Below are positions 27,901 to 43,800 of a stretch of 64,000 bases of DNA, piece after piece (position 1 is the stretch's first letter; the number at the start of each line of letters is the position of its first letter). Source of the DNA: Lytechinus pictus. Lineage: Eukaryota. The translations under genes and the position numbers were made by a program. Under the pieces are notes generated by a model. That model made no database searches, was not told where the DNA came from, and was given only the letters and a program-made list of their open reading frames with translations. The stretch lies in NCBI RefSeq assembly GCF_037042905.1, contig NC_087251.1:4714001-4778000 (forward strand), read 5' to 3'.

Positions 27901-29522
27901 ACAAGAAAAAGTACTTCCCTTCGATTCCAAATATGGTTATTCATTAAACATATTAAAAAGTGTAGCCTAATTAACAGACACTGGTTTTCACTGGGGCCTT
28001 TTCGTAAGAATAAAAAGTAAATATACATATACATACAAACAATAAGATACATGAGTAAAGATTAAAACTATATACATATTACGCAACTATGTGTTACAAG
28101 ATACAATGTGAAGGTGAATGTTTAAACAAAATCTAAGAAAACTGCATGGGTGGAAACAGAAAAGGGTTGGTTAACTATAGTCTGACAAAGAGCAAACAAT
28201 GATAATATAGCTCAAATTGATAACATGAAAGACTGACTTAATCAACTGTGCACTATCAATTCATGAAATAAAGAAATAAAATTGTACAATAATACAAAAT
28301 TACCTGAACTAATGCAAAGGAAAAACTTTTTAGTTGAATGAAACCGGGATAAGTAACAATGTGAAGGAAAACGAGAATTATCAAAGTGCTTTCAGATCAT
28401 TTTTAATGCATCAAGATTAGGGGAACGTCGAAGTTCAACTGTGAAAATATTCCAATGTGCTATGCCCGCAATGTCAAATAACTGTATTCGGTTTTATATC
28501 TATCTGCATGTTACAATTTCCGTTAAGATTGGGCGTTGCCCGTACTGCTGCACCATCATAAAGAGTAATCTTTTTGCCAGAATTGAGGGAACTAGTTTGT
28601 GAATACATTTAAAGACCTTAGATAATCATGATTTTGTTTGCTTTTCCTGAAGAGAATACAATATTACCCTTCAAAGAAATGATTTTATACTATACGCGTA
28701 TTTATCTTCACTCATTGATTAACTTTTGTGTGAAAAGGGTGCAAAATTAAAATAAAACTGACTCGCAGGAGTCATATTCTGCAAAAATAAAAGTAAATAG
28801 TACTGATGTTAACTTAATATACTCTAATCATAAGCCTGCTCACTATGGCGAAAATAGTCAATATGGCGTGGTTTGCCAAATGAAAAGAAGACCATCCGCC
28901 ACTCGTCAGTTATGATCATCTCTCACATAAACAAAGGATATGAAGATATATTTTCCTGAAAAAAGATCTTCTTTTTGCAGTAGATCTAATAGATATTAAT
29001 TTTCAAAATTTATGAATGATTATTTCTTACCTTATCGAGCTCATGATGATTTGACAGAAGAATCACGTTTCCAAAAATATTTTATTCATCACGAGTGAAG
29101 GAAAATTACTTGATCAAAACAGTTTCCCAAAAATTTATGTAAACATGTTGAGTTTGCGTAAGGTAGTTTCAGATCTACGAAAGATGTGAAATCTAGTTAC
29201 TTGCTTGGTTTTTTTATGAATCCAGTTTTGAGGGGATTCATTGTCCAAAGAAAGAACATTATTCACGAAGAAAGCGCATGTGATAGGTCCTTGTTTTTAT
29301 TCAAACCTATCTCTCTATAACATCATGCCTTGCGACAAATTAATGTACTGACTATCTAAACAAGATGTTAAACTGCTTTTTATGAATTTATGTTTACTGT
29401 GATTACATCACTTTCCTATGAAATAACATTGCCATTAAAAGGGTCTGTTAACAATATTTTCTCCCTCTTCTCTCTCCCTCACTCCTTCTCACCCTCTCTC
29501 TCTCTCTCTTTCTCTTTCTATT

Positions 29523-29577
<55 letters not shown>

Positions 29578-29609
29578 GAAATAGTCTGCTATATATATAT
29601 ATATATGAA

Positions 29610-29693
<84 letters not shown>

Positions 29694-32600
29694 AATGTGT
29701 GAAGTTATACATGTACTACAGCTTTGACAACTCTTTTTATTTAAATATTGTAAAGAAATGGATGAAGAGAACAATGGTAGGCGTAGCTTAAATCAAGGTT
29801 CCCCAGAGCTATCTACCCTTTTTGGAAAAATTGGTGATGCCGAAAAAATGCCCCTGCCGGGAATCGAACCCGGGCCCCCAGCTTTGAACGCCGGTGCCTT
29901 AACCACTAGACCACAGAGACGGGTCAGTGGCTAGGGCGACCCCGATCCGATTGACCGTCAGATAGGGGCATTTTTTCGGCATCACCAATTTTTCCAAAAA
30001 GGGTAGATAGCTCTGGGGAACCTTGATTTAAGCTACGCCTACCATTGTTCTCTTCATCCATTTCTTTACAATATATATATATATATATATATATTACCGT
30101 CCCACACTCCCAGTCACTTTCACAGCATGCCCATCAACGTTGTAAGATTTCAAAATGGTCGTCATTATTTCATTATGTAATAGGATAAGATACATGCACA
30201 GCATCAATATTTCTACATCAGAATCTCAACATACGTTGCTATGTAGGTCATGCCTGTAGTAGTTTGCAATCCAGATAAGACGTTAACTTATTGAATTTGT
30301 ATATTATGTTTCTAATTAAATCTTCAGACAAACGCCCGTTGGCGATGGATGATTGGGCTCGTAGAGGTAGGTAGATTCCCCATCATCCATTTTCTTAATT
30401 TTCACAAATCCCTGTCATCCACGAGATATATTTTTCTCGACTATAAAATACAAGGTACAAAGGGGAAAAGCTCTATGTATATTCTGTTCATTGGATCTGC
30501 ACGGATATTAGCTGGGATTTCGAAGGCCGTCTATCAATCTATATAATTGGTGTCGTATTTATAGATGTTTCCAGTGCAGAAAACAATGATTTCTTGTACA
30601 CGCCTTTGATCATATTGAAGAGCTAGTACGTGTTGTCATGTTGGGTTAGGATTTTTTATATTTTTGATAATGTACTGTGTTCAATCGTTTTCTCCAAATT
30701 GTTCAAAAATGAATGTAGAAATATGATTTTATATATCTGAGTGTGATAGTCGTTCTCATGGTATTCTTTGGATGCTATCATAAACTTATCAGTTGAGAGA
30801 TATTCTTAATTTTTGTTATCAATTAAAGGCAAATTTGACTTCACTCAATTGTGTTTGTACATCTATATCTGATTTTACATGGCACTTTAATCAACAAGTG
30901 CGTCTACACTAAAAAACAAATCAGTAAAAAATGACTAGTTAATAGGGTCAGGTGGGTGCCACTGTTATTATAGTCATATTTGACAGTTTTCTAGTCGTAT
31001 TTTACTAGAACAGAGTTAATTCTAACTAGAATTTATGTCAGAAATGTGACTAGCACATCAGTTGCACCCAGCTGACTACTTGTCTAGTCAATTTGACAGA
31101 TTTGTTTTAAGAGTGTAGGAAGAAATATGTCAAGTCTGTAAAAAATTAAATATTATATAATTCAAACAATATAAAAACAAGAGAAATAGAGAGTGGGGGA
31201 AATCGTCAACCCTCTCATTTTCATGTCACTGGATTGTGCATTTAAAAATGTTGTGAAAAATAACATGAACTATAAAATGTCATAACTTTCTTATTTTATA
31301 TTCGAAATTTTCAACATTATGCTTGTTTGATTTTTCTCTTTCAATTCAAAATCATCTTTTTTCGGGGTAGACGTGACGGTCGCATATATAAATGTTGAAA
31401 GACAAACTTTAAAAGGGAAAATCTCTAAATGTTTTTTTATGAATTATCCAAAAAAATTCTGATTAGCAGTAGTAAATCATTTTGTTTTAAATGAAGCCAA
31501 TGATTTAGATTTAAGTATTTAAGATTCAAATTCAAAATATATAGTTTGGTTGGTCACGTACTATATAGCTATATTTCACCCCGTGGTTACTCTGTATTCG
31601 GTTTTTATTTACAGTCATAATAGGCTCATTGTCTCATCATAATATTAATATCCATGATTCCAGGGCCATGATTACAGCCATGAGAACTCCGACATACAAT
31701 AAACATTCAGTCATGTTTTATTTTTATACTTCTTATGAAGCATAGCTTATGATCCTAAAAGGGGGGCAATCAATATTCATGCATGCGAAACAAAATATGC
31801 ATAAATTCAGACAATACAACGTTATAACCGCATCATCGTAAACCGACAAAGTATATATATGTCTTGTATAACATGTAGGATATGAAAACTATACCATACA
31901 TGTCATAGACAGTGGCAAATAATTGATTACTATTACTACTGGTGATAATATCAATTCATTTCGTGTGAGGTGATGTGTAAACCCGAACTGTTTTCTTTAG
32001 GCTATATACGGCTGGTGGACACCTCACGACTCGTGAAATAATGATGGAGTTATGGTAGATCGACGGAGAAAGGTTAGAGTTACACACCTAGAGGCTCGTT
32101 CAAAACTGTTTTGACGCCGAAAAACAAGGCAATTTTACTTGTGAATACGCTTGCGATATGAGTTCCTGATCAATCCGCCATCTTGTAAATGCCCGTTGAG
32201 CACATTATGAACTACACGGTAAAGAGGGGGGGGGGGGGGGGTAATCAAGCACCTAAATACACAACAATGGTTTTAGCGAGTTTCAGGCACTTTGAGCCAT
32301 AGTATTCAGATACCTGATGACTGTCATTTGCGAGAGATTTTGTCAGTCATATTTTTAAGCAATGGGTTATTCATTAATCAATGAAGAAGGGGTGGTGGAT
32401 GGTAAAGGACAAAATGATATTTTCGTGTGTTTTATTCGAAACTTAACAGGAATGAGCTTCTTTATCACATTCTTAATAACTAGTTATTGCAAGTATCTCT
32501 TCTATAAATTATGTTGAGATCACTTTACATCAGACCTTTCGTCTAATTATTCAGCTTCATTCATCATGCATGAACTTACCCCATATCCATCCCTATCATC

Positions 32601-34845
32601 AATCGCATCCTACATGCATGAAGACTAGACAAAAGCTGTCGGTGTTGACAATAGTTTCATAGCCATTGTAAGTTGGTTCAATGGACATATCAAATGCAAT
32701 GAAAGTATTCATTCATGCAGCGTTGATTGTAATTATACTACCCTTTTAAAAGTATACAGACAGACATGGAAGTAAAATTTATGACCAATCAAGTAAAAAT
32801 CTATATTGATAAAGAAAAAGCTGTGCAGTTTCCTCTGGTACTACCTTGTGAGGTTTAAGTATATGTGGAAGCCAAATAAAACTTCAAACTTAATTACAAG
32901 CTTGGAAATAATAATAATCACCATCATCAATAATCTGAGGGTTTTTTTTATTGCGCTATATACGATACAATATCAATGAATATGTGATCATTCTCAAAAG
33001 CAGTTACCTTGTATTGCATTTCCTTCAAAATTAAAGTTGTGATTATATCATATTGATTGTGCTTGATTGCAATGTTTACCGTTCACTGATTTCATGTACA
33101 TTCCTCTTATTCAAAATACAAGTAATAATAATAATAATAATAGAGGATATTCATCAAGCGCATACACTCTAAAAACAAATCAGTTAAAAAATTAGGGTCA
33201 GCTGGGTGCAACTGTTATTCTAGTCATATTTGACTATTTTCTAGTCGTATTTTACTCAAAGAGAGTTATCTCTGACTAGAATACTATGTCAGAAATGTGA
33301 CTGTCAGTGATTGCCATATCAGTTGCACCCAGCTGACTACTGGTCTAGTCAGTTTGACTGATTTGTTTAAGAGTGTAATAACTAGTATAGTTCTCTATGT
33401 GCTGTACAATTGGAAATAAACAAAGGATAAATATAAAAAAAGGAGTTCGTCTTAATTCATAACTCATTTTATACTTGATTTAACAGAATGATGCTTTTCA
33501 CATATAATCGTTATCGATCGTCATCTTAATCAGTCATAGTACATCGCAGTCATGTGCATAGATGGAGGTAGATTGAGTGTATTATCATTTTAATCACGAC
33601 TAGATCTAGCTAAAGGCAGCAAACTGCTGTGTTGGTATGTGCTATTAGAAATCCGTCACGTACGTTGGAGAAGCAAGTAATTGGTTTATATAAAGGGATT
33701 TTAAATTAAAAAACGTACCCTCAAAATGAGAATTGTACCCACATATTTTGTGTGGTGCCCCCACGATGGATGGATGGATAAAAATGAATGAACAATCATG
33801 CAAATGTTTCTATATTGAAAACAAGTGTCCATTTGCAGGAATTACGATTTTAGTAATTTCGTCATTAAAAAAGGGTATTATAGTAACATGGTTCAATAGC
33901 TATGATAGCCAACAAAGATCACATGTTTTTCATAGAAGTCAAGAAAATGACACATTTACTAGTTAGTTTCCATGAATTTGAGCCCATGTAGAATAAATTT
34001 AGATCACCCATACTCAAATCTTCTCTCACACTCGTAAAAAAATCCACACAATTCTGTAAACATGCTAATGGCGTAGTTTCAGTGACATGGCTGGTGACGT
34101 ACTGTGCTCTATACAGCGCTTTGGAGTTTTAATGATTTTTTAAAATTTTATTTAACTTGCAGAATATTTTGGAGGGTAATGAATTTGTGATTGACCCTGA
34201 AGGTGACTTCGTCTATCGATGGATGGTGAGTATTTAGTCATCCAAATACTTATCTCTATTCCATTTTACCTCATAATATATGGAACAAGAGAAAATTGAT
34301 TTAGAATATAATGCTTCAAATTTTGATATTGGTCTTGGATAGAATATGCATAACATTTAACAGTACCCGTTGCTAACGTAGTGTTCTGGACTACCAGCTG
34401 TTTTGCTACTTATAATGATTAATTTCACTCTCTCGGTTCCTTATTCGCAATCCAGTGTTTTTATCAGTTAAACGTGTAAGTTCCGAACTTCATTAACATT
34501 GACATTATTCACAAAAGGAAAGTCCTTCTTAACTTATTCTTCTTGGAATAATTAACCTTGCTCGAATCTTTAGTATCAAGTCTGTTTTTATTTGCAATAC
34601 AATCCATTCGTTATTAAAGTAGGGAGGTTTGTATCTTTCATTGTTATCTTTATTATTATAATTGTACTTTTCTTCTTCTACAACCTCATTTTGAATGTTT
34701 CCTAGGCAGTGCAGAAAGTTACATGGTGTGCGAGCATGCCATGATCCGATGACCGGGATGATAATGTATGTAAAACGATTAGAGACGTCGTTCCGAAATA
34801 TTGATATAAGCGCTATAATGTGGATTATTGTTATTATTATTGTTA

Positions 34846-34876
<31 letters not shown>

Positions 34877-37800
34877 GATGATCATCATTATCAGTATTGT
34901 TATTGTTATTATTATTATCATTATCATTATGTTAAAATAATCTTAATCATTACTGCAGGAACTTAAATTGAGGGAAGTAGATATCCCCCTTTTTTTTTTA
35001 AAAACTTAACATTGAATGATCATTTGAGATAGATATCATTTCCACACTATGATATTAACTTTGTCTGAGTTTATGATTGGTATCCCTTCTTCGTCTCTTT
35101 ATACAGGGTCTAGTAGCCTTCGCAGTAGCGTACAATGTGTGGATAATCGTCCTAAGGGTAGCGTTTCATCATCATCTTTCCAATCAGGTTAGCAAATCAT
35201 TCAATTCAATTATGACGGAGCTATTGCCCTCACGTGACTTCCAAGTGGCCTTTATTCCAGATGTTGGGATTCTGAAATTCGATGCATTTATCTGACTTCT
35301 TATTACTTTAATTTCTCTAGGGCAGGAAAGTAATTGTGATTGTCTTATTTCTTTACTAATCATAAAAAGTTTGAAGCCTTAAAAAACAGGCTTAAACTGA
35401 ACATGCTGAAGCTTATATGAATTCGTACATCATTGTATGCTCTCTTAGTAACGTCAAGAAACTTTATTTTTGTTCAAATGGTAAATCTTGCAAAACTTTT
35501 ATTTGCGTGTCTTGTTTTCTAATAAATCCAAGAGTGCAGTATTGGTCGCATAAACAATATTCAGATTCTATTATTGATATATACTATTCGTATCAAACAA
35601 ACATGTACAAAAATAAACTCACGAAACATGACACAGAATTAAGTAAGAAGCCAATGTAATCTGGGTGCATGTACTTTAGGCAGATGTCCTTGTTTCCTTG
35701 CTGTTTTGTTATTTTTCATGAAATAATGATCATTGTCATCGTCGTCGTCGAAGAACTGCTTCTACACCATAATCAATAATGCTCTTCTTTAGAGGCATTA
35801 AAGTAGATATTCGTAAAGAAGTTATCTTTTTATTGCTTCATTTTACAGCCGCGTTCAATACTAAGCTCCATCCAATTGGAGAAACTTTTGAGTATTCTTA
35901 AAATGCAACTCCCTCCTCTGTTGATCCTTCTTATCTCACAGGGAGGGATCACGTGGTAAAAGTGAACAATATAATCATGCGGTGTATACCCCAAGATTCA
36001 GTACTTGGACCACTGCTGTCTTTTCTGTATATTGTCTCTATCCATCACATCTGATTCAATCAGTGATATACCACTATTTTAGGTATATCAACCTGACCTA
36101 AGGGAGATAGGGTTGAGAGAGAGAGAGGGGGGGGGGGGGCGGACAGAGCGAGGGGGGTGGAGAGCAGACACATATAGCTGATATCCGTGTCTATACAGTG
36201 GCGTACCGTGGGTCACGGCATTGGGGGTCACCAGCAGAAAAAAAATGAGTCACTTAGTGGGCATGCGAAGCGCGCTCATTGGCCAGGTATACTGACCTAA
36301 TATAGAAGTTTGAAGGACTGTGCCATTAAAATGATAAATATAAGACTAATCAAATAACGCGAGAGCGAATTTTTTTTATTCAGACCCGAAATAATAATCA
36401 TACGAACCTGTCTCACTAAACAAACAATACGAGCGCGAAGCGCGAGCTAAAAGTTTTGTATATATTGACCCCAAACACGAACATTTTAAGGACTATTTTC
36501 TACGAATTCATGAAGAGCATATATATTACCATAGTCATCTAATTCGAGCGCCAAGCGCGAGCTGATTTTTTTTTTAGTATGACACCTAAACACATGAAGC
36601 GCTTTTTGTATTCATTGTAATAATTCTCCTTCCCCCCTTTTTTTTTGGGGGGGGGGCTGGGGATGGTTGGGTTGCACGTCTATGGTTAAAGTATAGAAAA
36701 ACCCTCATCGAAGCCATGGCCGAAGCTAACTTGGGTATAATATAACATTTGATGAGCATGCTACCAGGTGGTAAATCTCATGTTGCATGGGGTTCCACAG
36801 TGTCATCCTTTAGAAAGATGGGTTTTAGACATCGATACCTTTGTCATTTCGAAACTTGACTCATGATATGCACTTCCAACAAACCATCCTGCCAACGAAC
36901 TTATGAAGCTCCAAAGAATTAAAATAAAAGTTTGGAATTACAGAGAAGAATCGATTGCAACTGGTGTCATGTCACTCTCATCATCCCTCTTTAATATTGC
37001 TGACTCCCGATAGACAAGCGGATTTGTTAAAGATCCTTCTTGTCATCGTTTCTCTTGGCTCAAACACACTCCCTCCCTTACAAACAGAACGAAGAAATAG
37101 CTTCATCTTCATGTACATCATTTTAAGAACCTGCATTACGACCAATATAGCTCGTCATATGAGCTGCACCCACCTTTAAAACTGCTCTTAAGTTTTATCC
37201 TTTAATATTCATTTTTCTCTACTCGGTGATTGTTATTTGTATCGCTTAATATAATACACTGTTGGATAATAATCTTTGTATCATTATTTAAGATGGACTC
37301 TGCGGTATCAGTATTTTCTATGTCATAAATTGTTTAAATGATATATTTCATATTTTGCGATAGCTGTGATAATTGTTCAATACTTTCCACAAATATGTAT
37401 AAGTAAACAAAAATAATTCATTATGAAAAATGCGAAGAGACTTCTTGTATAATGCGCTTCAGAAATGCAATAAATCATCATTATGATTACTGTTATTATC
37501 ATTATCATTATAAATATCATTATCATCATGATAATTATTTTCACCACCGTTATCATCGTCGTCATCGTCATCATCATCATCATCCTCATTTTTCAAATGA
37601 GAGCTAATGGTAAGGTAAAAGAGCAAAAGCAATATTCATGCTTGATACAATTGCTAAAAGGGCATGGTTCTCTCAGAGGTCATGCTTAAACCAAAGACGC
37701 CATTCCAATGTAGGTAAAATGGCCAAAATAATAGAGAAAGGAAAATCTGTCATAGGGCGCTGTTGACCTTCTGTGGGGTTAGTATCAAGTTTCACAGTAA

Positions 37801-40800
37801 ATACCTGATGTGTACTTCACTACTCAGAACCCTTTACTTCATGCATGCCATTTTATCTGGCTATGGAACATGGGATAAGCCATTTAGATGCTTTCAAATT
37901 CAACCGCTCATCATACAAATTAGCATCCTGATATTTGAATATCGGCCGCAGTCATGGAGACCTGTACCAATGAACTGTGAACCAAATATTTAGATTCAAG
38001 CTTGTGTTTTATGTATTAATATTTTATTTAGTTTCAGTTTACCATGCTATAATGACCAAGGTTTAAGCTACATTCTAAGACGGGCTGGGAAAATGAGATA
38101 TATACAAGTGTTCAAGATTTAAAAAGAAATACGATATTTCACATCTTACCAATAATGTGTGTGCATTAAAAAAGTTTGGGAGGAGGGACGGAGCTAGTCA
38201 TCTGAATAAATCAAAGATAAGAATAAGATTTTAGTAGAAAGTAATATTTTGATTCCTTTCATTACTGTCTTCACCAAAATAATTTTCATGGCTTCTAGAA
38301 AAGAAATATGAAAGGTTACATTTTGGATATTCTGGTGTCAAAATTATTATTGTAAAGGGTCACGTGGTAAAAGGTTGAAAACGTAACCCAGTTATATTTT
38401 GTGTGGTAAGACCAGATCATATCATCCTCTTCATTCACAGAGGATTTCCTTTCAATTTATCCAACGCAGATTTGCGACTGCGTGACAAGCGTTGAATTTA
38501 AGAAATAATTTCTGTGTTTATTGACAGAATAAGGAAGTGAAAACTAAAAAAAATATCAATTTAGATAATGAAGGCAGATTACCTTCCTAATTAGGTGCTC
38601 AGTTTCTAATGAGAAAAAGACCGACCTAGAATATTTGACCCACTGCTTTGATCCACAGTATTAATTATTCATACTATTCAAAATATCAGATGAATCTGAA
38701 AACCAAATACATCAGATATCAACTAAACTTTCCTTGCCATGCTGTTTATATCTTTCCCTATTTTTGTTCTCATTTTATTTCAGCATTAATGTATAAAATT
38801 CTAAAGTTTAAGGATTTGAAATAAACAGATCGGCTGTAAAGAATGACAAGCCGAATATTTGATTTATCTTAAATCCAAAGGATTAATCAGATCTAAAATA
38901 TTAAAATTCAAATCTGTAAGGTTTAAATCTAAATCCAATGTTCAGACGGTCACTATTCACAGCCAATGTGGATTTATTTTAAATCCTTAAAATTTAGAAT
39001 GTAGATTTCATAACTGTTTACTGTATTAAAAAATACGATTCTAGGACCCTGAACCGTTTCGATGGTCATTTTGATTCAGAGACCATATACCGAGCTGTTT
39101 TAACCTCTTAGGCTCTTAAAACTTTTGATTATATTTTGGAACTATAATTAACAGATTTCTCATCATGTCCTACAATTCCTGTCGCATTAACATTTATTTA
39201 TTTATTTATTTATTTTGTTCTATTTACCCAGGGTAGTCTCGTTAGTACAAAACTGCGTTACAAGAGAGCCCTGTTAAAATACAAACATATTACAATATTA
39301 TACAATGTAAAAAGAGTAAAACATTACATACAACAACATGACTTCATGACTTAATAGGTACACTCTTTCAGGAACAAGAATAAAAACTGTCAAAGGCGAG
39401 GTGTATGCATGTGTCTGTGGGGGCGCGTGTGCACTACCCATTTGGAAACGGGGATGGCCTTGATATTTTGTGTGTCCTCGGTCCAAATTCGAACCCATGT
39501 CCCAAAGAACATGATTCAATACTCAAATCGCAACGAGATCATCGGTTGTAGGCCTAAATAGTAAAACTTACAAATGATTAGCGGTGTTGCAGATTCCTGA
39601 CAAAGAGGTCATCGGTTATGTAATGAAAAACAAATCTGATTTTAACTATAAACTTGTATTGTGTGTGTGGGTCAGGGTGTGTGTACATGTGCGTTCGCAT
39701 AATGTAGGGTCCATGGTTAGATTTAGATAGGAGGATCTCACTTTTCACTGATATACTGATAAAAAAACGTTCCGGTATATCAGTGCCTGTGATAATAAAT
39801 TGCCATAGAAGTAATAATAAATGTTGATGGCTACCGCATGTGCATCCAATTGCCCAGCAATATACAGTTTATTCATTTGAATTAATGTGTTATCTTTCTG
39901 TACATATTTCATTAAAATTAAAATTTGTTCAGATCAATGTCATTTGTAATACGGACATCACTTTGAGTATTGATGCTACTGGAGGTTATTCAGAATAAAT
40001 TCCGACCTATACATACACAACAAATATGAATACATATTCATATTAATATAGGCTTAACTTACATGTATATGAATATTATATATGCTTGATATATTCAAAT
40101 GTATGGGTAAAAACATAATACATATTAGTGCGTGTAATGACCTTTTCATGAAGTATTTCTAACATTTTATGTTTTTCATCTATTGGTAGGCAAATGCTCA
40201 ATATTTCGGTGTTGTAGATCTTGTTTGTGACACCATCTTTGTCGTCGACTTCTTGGTTAACTTCCGGGTCGCCTTTCTTCAGCATGGTCTCTTGGTGAGT
40301 GCTTATTCAAAGTCAATTTGAAATTTAAAAATGATTTTATTGGGTAACAACAAAACCGCTAGTTCAAATAGTTAAAAACATATTAACAAAATTATACATA
40401 AAAAGATTTCTAGTTTGAATACGAATTAACTCAATGAATATATAGGAACACAATATAGAAGGATGTTTATATTCATAATTCATCCCTATACACTTATCAA
40501 TTAAGTTGATTTTTTTATATATTAATACAATAACAATTTTTTTTCTGAAATGACAAAAACGTAAAATTGTGAGAATCATAATGTAAGGGTATATCTACGT
40601 TCGGAGAATGGTAAACGTTTGATAGAGCAATAATAAAGTTATGACTAATATAAGACTATGCCATTTGAAATTGCTCTTGGTGAGAAGAGTTTGAGAGACA
40701 ACTATCTCATTAGTTTGTCATGTACAGGGGCGGATCCAGGATTTTCCAAAGGGGGCCAAATTTTTCGGATGAAAATTTTGAGAAGCCAAAAAAAAAAAAA

Positions 40801-43800
40801 AGGTTTTTAACCACAAATGAAGGATAAAAAATTGACAAGCAAAAAAAAAAAAGGTTTTCAACCACAAATGAAGGGTATTTTGTACCCAAAAAAATTTAAC
40901 AAGCCCCCCCCCAAAAAAAAAAGGTCTTCAATTTCAAAGGGGGGGGGGACACATTTCGGTTTCAATGGCATTTTTACATTACAAATTTTACAAATTTTTA
41001 TTTTTCTTCTCAAGGGGGGGGGGGCACGTGCCCCCTGTGCCCCCCCCCCCCCACCCTGGATCCGCGCCTGGTCATGTATTTGATAAAGGGAATTAAGGTT
41101 TCCTCATTAACGCCCTTTTCCCTTTAAAACGGTGATATAAATATAACAGAAGAAAACATATGATTCTGATTTCAATCCCTAAGTTTCAAGCAGAAAATAT
41201 TTTGATATTTGAGCAAATAGAGAGAAGTTCTTATATGGTATCACTAATACATACATATATATATGAGAAATTATACCATTGTTCTCTTCATTTACTTCTT
41301 TCACTATATGCATATATATATATATGAGGCCAGAATATTACATACACCCAGGAAATTCAAAGAAAAGTTGACACTTGCCAAACATCATAAAATTCACGGT
41401 ATCTTAAAAATATTTGTGCTATCATGACGAATTTGATATCAAACCAATGAATATGTCATGCCCCTTCATCTCATTGCTTTATCATCACGAGCTGAAAAAA
41501 AAATTAGGTGTAATTTCCCCCCTAAATCTTCATATTTGAGGCAAATCAAAAATAGAAACTTGACAAAAACATTTCATATTTGTGCTAGTTACTTCTCAAC
41601 ACAAACATTTCAGATTACACTTTTTTGTTCAGTGGTGACATATCATGATGTAATATGAATCATAGATTTGACATTTATACATTTCTACGAAACAATTATT
41701 GAAAATATAATAACAAACAATAAAATGCATTTGGCACGAATATTACTTTTTTTCAAAGAAAATTCCACCTGAAATATATACTTTAATCTTAACGGCATCC
41801 CAATCACGTGACGCTCTTTCATTTGATACCAAATTCGTCATGGTAGTATTTATGTTTCTGAAGATATAGTAAATGTTACGATGTTTGGCAAGCGAACAAA
41901 TTTCACTGAATTTCATGGGTGTATGTAAACTTCTTGCCTCAACTGTATGCATCTACTCATTATCATGACTTTGTTGTCTTGTAGGAGATACATCGACAAA
42001 TGGAAAGACAAGACGATTCTGATGTTGTAAACTATAGATTTGATAGAGCCCATGCAGAAGGCTTAAAGCTAAAGCTAAAAAATCAAAATATTTGGTAGTA
42101 TACAAGCAACATCCACATCATTTTGTCTTTTCTTTCGCCAGCAGGTATAATGGTTACAACCTTCTATAAGTTTATAAATTTATTCCAATTGCTTTGCACT
42201 GATTTTGTTGAAAATATTTCTTACCCCTTCCTCTGATTTCTTTTACACAATTTTTCGCTTAGGTTATATTCCCTTTATAAGTTTCAAATACTACCGAAAC
42301 TTATCATTATTGAGTACCACATTGTGTAGGTCTTCATGCTTCATGATTCATACACAGTGAACTGATTTATGGTTGTAATCGCCATTACTTTTTATACGGT
42401 CTAATTTTTATGATGATACTCATTTTAATAATTGCTATCGTTTATTTGTTTTTCTCTTTCACAAATTCTTGTTATGTCTAGGTTAAAGATCCTGCGAAAC
42501 TAAGCGCAAATTATCGGCAGCATGTCAGATTTAGATTTGACGTAGTTGCTATGGTGCCCTGGGGTGTGGCTTACGAAATATGTAGAGGTATGTGATTTAA
42601 AAAAAATTGCATGTTTGGCCTCAACAAATAATGGCTCATTGCGCAACGTTCGATTACCTACATAATACCTTATATTTTACAATTTATTGTCTCGCACCTA
42701 TTTATGAAATTTAGACTGGGAACCATGCGCATGTTTGGTGGCCATCGATGCTTTCGCCTAAAAGCCTCCTCACACACGAACGATTACCGCAGACTAAGTA
42801 AGAGATGCGAATTCAAACAGATGACCAACGATTTTTCAATTCGTCGAGAAAATCTTAAACATGTTCAAAATTTCCGCGCGAATTTGAATAATCGCAGCTG
42901 TTAGTTCAAAAGGTGTACGAACCCAAACACGAAGGGTAAATATGATTTACTACCATTGAAAACGATTTAAAACAAAAACATATTTCAGGCAATTCGGTTA
43001 GGTGTGAGGGGCCTTAAAGACCAATTATATAAAGCCCCCTCACACCTGACCGACTGTAGGCGGAGGATGGGTGACGAATGGGAAAAATGTACGCGAATTC
43101 AACGATTTCAAATAAAATCTCCGTCAAATCATGCGATCAGTAACTATTGTCAAATTGTATCAACGAACGGTAAGCGAAGGATAAATATGACATGCGAAGG
43201 ATATCGATTTTTTGGTTCACCTCTTTGAGTAAATTGCAGCCGAAGGCGAGTGAAGGGTTGATATACCCAAATAAGACGAACGAACAGTGAGCATTGATTT
43301 GATACGGCGTGCGATTAGAAACGAAGACGAGGGAATAGATCGGGGGTTCTTGTACGTTTGTGTCATCGTGTTGCTTCGTTAAAGGTCAAGTCCACCCCAA
43401 AAAAGTTGATTTTAATAAATAGAGAAAAATCACACAAGAATAACATTGAAAACTTCATCAAAATCGGATGGAAAATAAGAAAGTTATGACATTTCAAAGT
43501 TTCGCTTATTTTTCACAAAACAGTTCTATGCTCAACTCAGTGATATGTAAATGAGAGAGTCGATGATGTCACTCACTCACTATATCTTTTGTTTTTTATT
43601 GTTTCAATTATACAATATTTAATATTTTATGTAAGATTCCCTTTGAGAATTACCCACAATAATATAGATGGCATCTCATCATTTGCTTTTCAATAAGTAC
43701 AATTATCGTCACAATTGCTATACATAATGTTAAGAATAGGTTGCAGTATAGATTAATTTAATTCTTATTGAATGTAAGGGAAGTTGCAGATGACACCAAA

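Noticed and set aside
29849..29920. Bona fide tRNA-Sec
   Set aside because: 72-nt 7/5 fold with a 4-nt variable loop; eukaryotic tRNA-Sec has a 9/4 fold and a long variable arm.
34529..34940. Hydrophobic Ile-rich ORFs (also at 17124-17445, 37377-37689, 57177-57562)
   Set aside because: Translations of (ATT)n microsatellites.
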